From positions 62,001-126,000 of the forward strand of contig PDIP01000035.1 of assembly GCA_002811645.1 (NCBI GenBank): 64,000 nt of DNA, given 5' to 3'. This stretch comes from Corallochytrium limacisporum Hawaii (Eukaryota; Protista; Pluriformea). This document shows positions 57,834-64,000 of the stretch, piece by piece; the stretch's first letter is position 1, and every line of letters begins with the position of its first letter. The notes under the pieces are model-generated. The model was given only the letters and a program-made list of their open reading frames with translations. It did not search any database and was not told the DNA's origin. A program made the translations under genes and the position numbers.

Positions 57834-58070
57834 ATGAGTGGGTGGTCTGAATTCAAATTGAATCTGGAAGCAGTGACAGCACAGAGTCCCGAAGTGGATC
57901 CTGGACTGGCTTCACCGAAAAGAAAACCTATGCTGTCTCCTATTGGAACCGAAGACATTTCTCTAAAGCGAAAGATTTCAATGTCAAATGTAGAGCCGTA
58001 CGAGCGTCACTTGAGCCCTCGCATGCAAGTCATGCAACAGAAGGCTTTGTCTCCACGACTCAATTTATAG
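57834..58070 (+). CDS. Small SP-motif-rich hypothetical protein (78 aa)
   Basis: ATG-to-TAG ORF with its own purine-rich upstream region and AT-rich 3' flank. It has five SP sites and a duplicated LSPR. Confidence 0.55.
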   Translation: MSGWSEFKLNLEAVTAQSPEVDPGLASPKRKPMLSPIGTEDISLKRKISMSNVEPYERHLSPRMQVMQQKALSPRLNL

Positions 58071-58270
58071 GGGTCTTACAATGACATCTAGTCTTTCCAA
58101 AACTTACATATTTTTTAGCCAATCTGGCAGAGCCGTGCAGGTTTTCTTCGTCTTCATTTTGTCCATTTCACCATTTGTCATCCATATTTTTGAATCTTCA
58201 TAGTTAGTATTACATGTTGCTTTGTTTATTTACTTAGTCGCTTAATTTCTTATATGAACCACAGTATGCT

Positions 58271-59246
58271 TTACTTTCCGTCTATGATTTCTCGGGATCG
58301 TTTCTCAGCAGTCTGGGACAACTGCTTGTTGGTGTTGTCGTGGACCTTCTGGATCTCCTGCTCAAGTCGTCGAGCTTCATCCTTGCCGAGCCCCTTGATT
58401 TCCTTGATGGTCTTCATTGTACTCTGGCGTGCTGTACGAAGCTCAGGATGGAATTTCTCAACAGTTTGGCGTGCGACTTTGGCCATGTTCTCGCGGGATT
58501 CCTTTGAAACTCTGTATGTTGAGGACAAGAGATGAATATAGGTTAGTATAACTTTCCACACATTCAACAGCATGCAAGATAGCAAGTAAGTTGCTCAGTC
58601 GATACCCACTTTGGCACCGCCACAGATATACCATTCTCGCTGCGAACAGGCATTGTTCCGATGCCAGTCTCTACCAGTGACTCAATGATATGATTTGATA
58701 GACTCGGATCCATTGGTTGAATAACCAGATTATTCGGGTCACGCTGACCGACTTGAGCAATATCCGCAAGCCTCTTTCTACCACTGCGCAGCCAAATTTC
58801 ATAGTTAGCCAGCGTTTGTGCTGTCAGACGGCCACCCCGAACCTTTGCAACTTCCTCTTTAGCCTTCTTCAAGATCGCATCCATTTTGTCCTGAAACTCT
58901 TGCTTGAGATCATCCGTGTCGATGATATCAACAGCATCGTCTTCAAAATCAGCAGCAGCAGCAGAATTCTTCTTCCCCTTGCTACTCTTGCCTCCTTTGC
59001 CACCCTTACCTGTGGATCAAAACACAATATCAGAATCGCCGAAGTTAGTATAGGCAATTCTCCTCAAACCCTGGTAGATTATGAACACTTACCTTTCTTC
59101 CATAGGACGGGACTAGAGTGAATATTTCTTTGCAGCGTAATGGATTGGATAAGTACCATCGCCGTAGACGGTTGCAGCTGTGCCGCCCAGGGCCTCTTCA
59201 CCATAGTGCTGCTGCGTAACGCCGTCAACCCTACGCGTCGGATCAT
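58271..59246 (-). CDS. MRRF: Mitochondrial ribosome recycling factor; exons 59246-59093, 59009-58610, 58511-58271
   Basis: GCCACCATG start, presequence-like exon 1, KVRGGR, LADIAQV and VPKVSKESRENMAK..EQEIQKVHD. Two GT-AG introns keep the frame. Confidence 0.88.
58512..58609 (-). other. MRRF intron 2 (98 nt)
   Basis: GTGGGT donor, TACTAAC at 58548-58542, and TACAG acceptor. Confidence 0.8.
59010..59092 (-). other. MRRF intron 1 (83 nt)
   Basis: GTAAGT donor, TACTAAC at 59050-59044, and CACAG acceptor. Confidence 0.88.
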
Positions 59247-59883
59247 GGTGGCCCATCACATTCACTCTCTAATCTAAGATGATATTACCAGCTGCAACTA
59301 ACCATGATTACTCTTTTCGTGCACGTTGATCTCTTGGACCTTAACGTGATCTACAGCTGTGACATGTCAGTGACCATCCACTAAACCAGATGACCGCTCT
59401 GCAGACTTTCTCCACGTTGCTTACACATCCTTTGCGCGAAAACGAAACTGGAAGACAACTGATACCCTTGTTATCTGAATTCCGATCTCGACTAGAACCT
59501 CCTTAGGGCTCTTTCTTGTCTATATACAAATTCTATGGTAGCCCTTGGAGACTCTAGCTCGTCCAGCTTTCCTCGAGACGGCTCTTGAATTCTGGGAGGA
59601 GGGGTCTCCTGCCGGCTTCCCGTTTGACGAGAAAGTCGGCACAATTTATTGATTACGATGTTTGTGGGGGGGGGGTCCCACCTACCTAGGGAAATTGGGT
59701 GAGAGGGACAGTCTTGCGCACTGCCATGGGCCGCCTGCGTTCGATCTTGCTGACTAGGTGCCACCGCGCAGTTGTACAGCAGCACACTTGCTAGTTAAAG
59801 TGTATCAAACCAATTGTTCATCTTGTTTACATTAATCTCTTTGATGGTGTGATATAGTTGCAGGTGCAAGGTATCCAACAGAT

Positions 59884-60765
59884 ATGGTGCAGCTGCATGT
59901 TAAGAACGGATCTGAGTCACTGTTTTTGTATAAGACAGTCACAACCGAGTCTGTCCAGGACACATTAGACAATGTCTGCGAAATTCAGAATGCGCGCTTA
60001 TGTGTCTTTAGGCTGTGTGACCAAGTAGACTTCTTGGCACAGTATGGCATTTCACTTCCTGCAAATATGCAGGGGCTTACGGACGAACAGATTGTAGACT
60101 TAAAATTGAATGATGAGTATGAAGACCGTTGCGTACCTTCCGGCGGCTACATCAATCGAAGAGATCCCATGGGCCAGCGTAACGGGCGGGCTCCTAACGA
60201 TAAGATGAAGGATGTTTTGGGCAAGACAGTACGAGAGGCCAAGGACATGATCTCAAAGGAGCTTGTAAACGCTCCGCGGGGAGGTGCGTGCGTGACCCAG
60301 GTAACTTGCGAGCAGGCGATGAAGCTGCTCGCCGGTGCAGTAGCTATTGTCTATCCTATGGGCCTACCGGAGTATGACCCCGTCCAAATGTGTATTGCTG
60401 ATAAAGAAGAACTTGAGGGTACCTCTGCTGGCCAGGACATCCTCAACAAAGACGTAACCAGTCTGTACTGGGCCAATAAGGAGATGCAACCCTCGAAAAC
60501 TCTGGCCGATATTGTCGGCAAGAATGAGAAGACCACGGTAATAGTAAAGCTTTCAAAGAAGGGGTCCGGCCCGCCCGCACGGGAGCCCGTCGTTGATGCC
60601 CAGACACAGAGGGAAATGATGGCACATTGGCATAGGAAGCAAGAAGAACAAAATAAACTGGCCATTGCTGACGAGTCCGACTTCTCCAACGCGCCATGGA
60701 CGGACAACACGGCGCTCAAGCGTGAGCTCCTTGGCACTCAAGGCTTATCGTGGAAACATAGGTAG
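59884..60765 (+). CDS. CFAP298: Cilia- and flagella-associated protein 298 (C21orf59/Kurly/FBB18)
   Basis: MVQLHVK, LPANMQGLTDEQI, CVPSGG..DPMGQRNGRAP, IVYPMGLPEYDP, GKNEKT and PAREP. Full length and uninterrupted. Confidence 0.95.
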   Translation: MVQLHVKNGSESLFLYKTVTTESVQDTLDNVCEIQNARLCVFRLCDQVDFLAQYGISLPANMQGLTDEQIVDLKLNDEYEDRCVPSGGYINRRDPMGQRNGRAPNDKMKDVLGKTVREAKDMISKELVNAPRGGACVTQVTCEQAMKLLAGAVAIVYPMGLPEYDPVQMCIADKEELEGTSAGQDILNKDVTSLYWANKEMQPSKTLADIVGKNEKTTVIVKLSKKGSGPPAREPVVDAQTQREMMAHWHRKQEEQNKLAIADESDFSNAPWTDNTALKRELLGTQGLSWKHR

Positions 60766-60837
60766 CGCATGGATGAGCTTCGAACTTGATCTATTATGAA
60801 TACATTTCCTGCTAGTTTAGCAACAAACACGAGCCCA

Positions 60838-62094
60838 TTACTGGTCATGAATTTCATGATTGGCTGATTGCTTTGGGCCCGGTACGTCGTCGCAGTCCTG
60901 CGGTGGTAGCCCTTTTTGTTTCTGCCTGATGTTCATGAACTTTGGACCCATATATACCAGTAGTACCTCACGCATCATTCGTTTTGTGATGGTCGCGACC
61001 CTAAATCGGATAGGTAGATCGTACTTGACCGCAATTTCCAAAAGTTGTCGTCGGTTGGTATTTACCGGTAAGTACATAGCTACATTCGGTGCGACTTCCA
61101 TGCTTGCATCCATCAGTTCATCGATTGGTATGGTCAGGTACTCAAGATCGAAAGCTTCTCCCTTTTTGAAATACGCTGGTCCACCCCACGGTGGTGATAA
61201 GTAGACCACATCAGCTTTCAAACCTTTGGCAATTTGCAGAAAGTCTCCGTTGATGAATTCGATTTTGTGTTCAACACCATATACCCGTGCATTGTTCTTG
61301 GCCATCAAACTTCGATCTGGATCGATCTCGATTGAAATTACCAGATTGGATGTCATTGCAAGCTGAATGGTATCTCCACCTACGCAAGCCATGGCATCGA
61401 CGACAACATCACTGCCGCATCGTTGTGCATTTTCTTTGGCAATCTTTTCCGGGGTCACCGAGTACCAAGCTACGTCATCCATTTGTATGCCATCGTCGAA
61501 TTTACTGAACAAGTAGTATCGACGTTTCCAATACTTTCCGACAAGTTTTTCTGTTCTTTTCCATGCCTTGGCGGTATCTTCATCTTCATCTTGGCTGTTT
61601 TGTGAAGGATTTGCATGCGAACTCTGTTGGTTTGAGACCGTCGTCGAATGCTGTCCTGTATCCGAGGCCTCTGAGCTTCGTACCCATGAAGGCAAGGCAG
61701 AAAACGCTGAGGAATTGCTCCGAGGTGTTTGTGGCGAGCCTTCCAGGATTGTTTTTTGTGTAATTGGTATGCCCTCGGGAGAGAACCTTATGTGCGTACG
61801 GGTCATACTTCCCATGCCGGGCAGCGGTTGTCCATGAACCGGTATTTCGTCCAAGGAAGGCGGCTCCTCGACCTCCATGGATGCCATTCTGTCTTGGTCT
61901 CCAGAATTTGGACTGTCCAAGGTATTCCTTTTGTTTCCAAACGAATTAGGAAGTCCGAATTTCCCAAGTGATACAGGCTCTTCTGGGCTCAACTTCTTTC
62001 CAGACTTTCGTTTCCGCTTGTTCCGTCCTTGGTTCACCGCTTCGCCTGCATTGTTTGGTTCGTTCTCACAGTCCCCCATGACCCTGTTGGCCAT
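60838..62094 (-). CDS. TGS1: Trimethylguanosine synthase
   Basis: KYWKRRYYLFSKFDDGI, WYSVTPEKIA, VVDAMACVGGDTIQ and YLSPPWGGP. The start is uncertain and an upstream exon is possible. Confidence 0.93.
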   Translation of the reverse strand: MANRVMGDCENEPNNAGEAVNQGRNKRKRKSGKKLSPEEPVSLGKFGLPNSFGNKRNTLDSPNSGDQDRMASMEVEEPPSLDEIPVHGQPLPGMGSMTRTHIRFSPEGIPITQKTILEGSPQTPRSNSSAFSALPSWVRSSEASDTGQHSTTVSNQQSSHANPSQNSQDEDEDTAKAWKRTEKLVGKYWKRRYYLFSKFDDGIQMDDVAWYSVTPEKIAKENAQRCGSDVVVDAMACVGGDTIQLAMTSNLVISIEIDPDRSLMAKNNARVYGVEHKIEFINGDFLQIAKGLKADVVYLSPPWGGPAYFKKGEAFDLEYLTIPIDELMDASMEVAPNVAMYLPVNTNRRQLLEIAVKYDLPIRFRVATITKRMMREVLLVYMGPKFMNIRQKQKGLPPQDCDDVPGPKQSANHEIHDQ

Positions 62095-63029
62095 GCGCTG
62101 ATCACTTGCCTCTGGCACCTATGAGTTACGCATATGGCGGGTTGAGAATCCCACACAACGGTCTTCCATTGTCAACGTCCGAGTCCTTCTGAAAGCTTTA
62201 CATGCTGCCAATTCTTCCTAAAGCAACCTAGGAGGCTGCTGCACACAACACCGTCAAGATACAGCTCCTGTGTTCAAATACCGGATCCTTGGAGCACCGA
62301 CGGGAATTTACCTGCTGAGCGCCTTCCTACTTGAGGGTGCCTCACGTCAACCCGCGTTTTTTCCTTGGCTATACCGGGTGCTCGCTCCCAGCCGGCCCAC
62401 CCAGGGGGGCCTCTTCCGGGCGGTCTCCCTACACACATAATGGACTCATGGCCTACCTCGACACTACAATTTTCCCCGTTACTCTTCCTAGTGGTGTGGA
62501 AGCTGTCTGCTCAATAAATCACACCCATTATGGTCCCGGTCCACTGGACACGGCGGTAGTACCTACTTTCTCCTATCGCAACAATGTGCGATTGATGCCC
62601 CACCGTTATCGGCTGTTGTTGAAATGGATCTCAGTCATACGGGGAGACCCCGTGGCCCACCCCTCCCCGGGGGGGGGGGGGNNNNNNNNNNNNNNNNNNN
62701 NNNNNNNNNNNNNNNNNNNNNNNNNNNNNNNNNNNNNNNNNNNNNNNNNNNNNNNNNNNNNNNNNNNNNNNNNNNNNNNNNNGGGGGGGGAAGAAGTGTT
62801 CCTTACTCAATACATTGAGTATGCCAGCCACCTGGCTCGTCCCGTACCGCAGATAACAGGCTCACGCTGGCCTGTGTAGAGATGATAGTGGGAGCATCGA
62901 ATCTTCGCCAGCGAAGCCTCCCCACAGAACCTGTTGTTTCTTTACAACACCCCCCCTTTCCCAGCGGAGTTTGGCAAGCGGCTTTGGACATTGTACCGAA
63001 AAGAGTTAAACGGAGTACTCCTGTAGGGG

Positions 63030-63856
63030 ACCAGCAAATTGACACGAAGTCGAGTTTGAATGTGGACACAGCAACACATCAGTTCCATGCTCATCGGTGT
63101 TGCCATCTGTGCTTCACCGGAGGAGCAAAAATGACATGAAATTGCCTTCGATGGGCCCCTGATGTGCTGCAATCTCGTCTGCAGTCAAAACAAATGAACT
63201 TGTTCCCGACCGATCACAATTGGTGAGGGAGCCCAACCCATTTGGACGCTTCACTCGGTATGGTGAATTCTTGTGGCCAATCACGGAACGCACACTCACC
63301 CACACAGTTCCGGGGACACTGCTGCAGAGTTGTGCATTGTACACAATCTCTGCTTTATTCGTTGGGTAGAACCTTGGCTGTCCATGATGCTCTATGCAGC
63401 CGCGTATGCTCCAACCAACTATGCCATCAATGGTTGAATGTTGATGGCTAGCACTCTTCCAGATCATCTCAATTCTGTTCTCAATATTGCCACGAAGAGC
63501 ACTACACTTCGCATGCAACCGATGCAAAATTTATTCCTTTCTCGGTGCGAGGATGCAGAACATCGGTCAAGTTTTCCTCAGGATAAAGCTAGAACATTGA
63601 TGGCGCGGTTGAGGAGGACCACGCTCTGGGTGAGGGCCTGAGCGTCTAGTGGGATCACAACTGTGCCATTGCGATAAACGGAAGTCAAAACCTTTGCAAG
63701 TACTACATCTCTTGTTCATTGTGAGTGTTGTCAATGTCTGGCACCAGTGCCCAAGCGGGGTTCAGAGACGTCCTGCTACAATCGACGTCATCCCCGGCGA
63801 ATGATGACATCGATGAAGACGATGTAGGGGTATGAATATGTGGCTGGCTCTGCCAT
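63030..63856 (-). pseudogene. Probable decayed two-BIR-domain (IAP/Bir1-like) gene
   Basis: Repeat 1: SSFAG...RCSTC...LSQW..DP. Repeat 2: FRDWP..I..E..VG...*SVGNKFICFDC, then after a frameshift HSNSTSCQF. These resemble the BIR pattern F..WP..GF..GD.V.CF.C..W..H..C.F. Confidence 0.42.
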
Positions 63857-64000
63857 GGTCGTCAATATTCTACTATCATCTATCTGGGATGTTTAGTGTC
63901 GTAGTATGCACAGATATCCCTCCCAAAACCGGACAATTTCCGGGTGTAACTGTCCCGCGATCTGATAGCTTGACGAATGGTTTAGAAATTGAGTAGTTTA

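Noticed and set aside
1-64000. tRNA, rRNA, snRNA or snoRNA genes
   Set aside because: No convincing T-loop/cloverleaf, Sm-site or C/D box pair was found by eye. An Infernal or tRNAscan run would be needed to exclude them.

Overview
Gene-dense, intron-poor eukaryotic DNA read in the standard genetic code. Only 3 introns could be resolved, all with (C/T)ACTAAC branch points. Gene content (animal-type PMVK, PACSIN, RIC8, TCAIM, a YxN-rich PH-ankyrin adaptor, plus ALR/MNR2-type CorA and a WAT1-like EamA transporter) points to a unicellular holozoan or opisthokont; this is inference. About 24 intact genes are present: GSTZ1, UBXN4, EamA, PH-ANK, lipase, acyltransferase, STK36, MVD, SPT2, RIC8, RPL24, UBC12, IWS1, PACSIN, RNF10, PMVK, a DDB1/MMS1-like propeller, PSAT1, RPL30, CorA, COQ11-like, PREP, TCAIM, MRRF, CFAP298, TGS1 and a small SP-rich ORF. 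The main hidden signal is that much of the apparently empty sequence is a graveyard of deletion-riddled pseudogenes missed by the ORF track. These include two motile-axoneme genes (DRC1 at 26.1-27.5 kb and CFAP65 at 54.2-52 kb), an RMI1-like gene, and more tentative BIR-domain, Methyltransf_16 and kinase remnants. The ciliary-associated genes STK36 and CFAP298 remain intact, which looks like flagellar loss in progress. Promoter-side spacers carry recurrent CnGn palindromes and E2F-type sites. All family assignments come from manual translation and recalled motifs; no database search was run.
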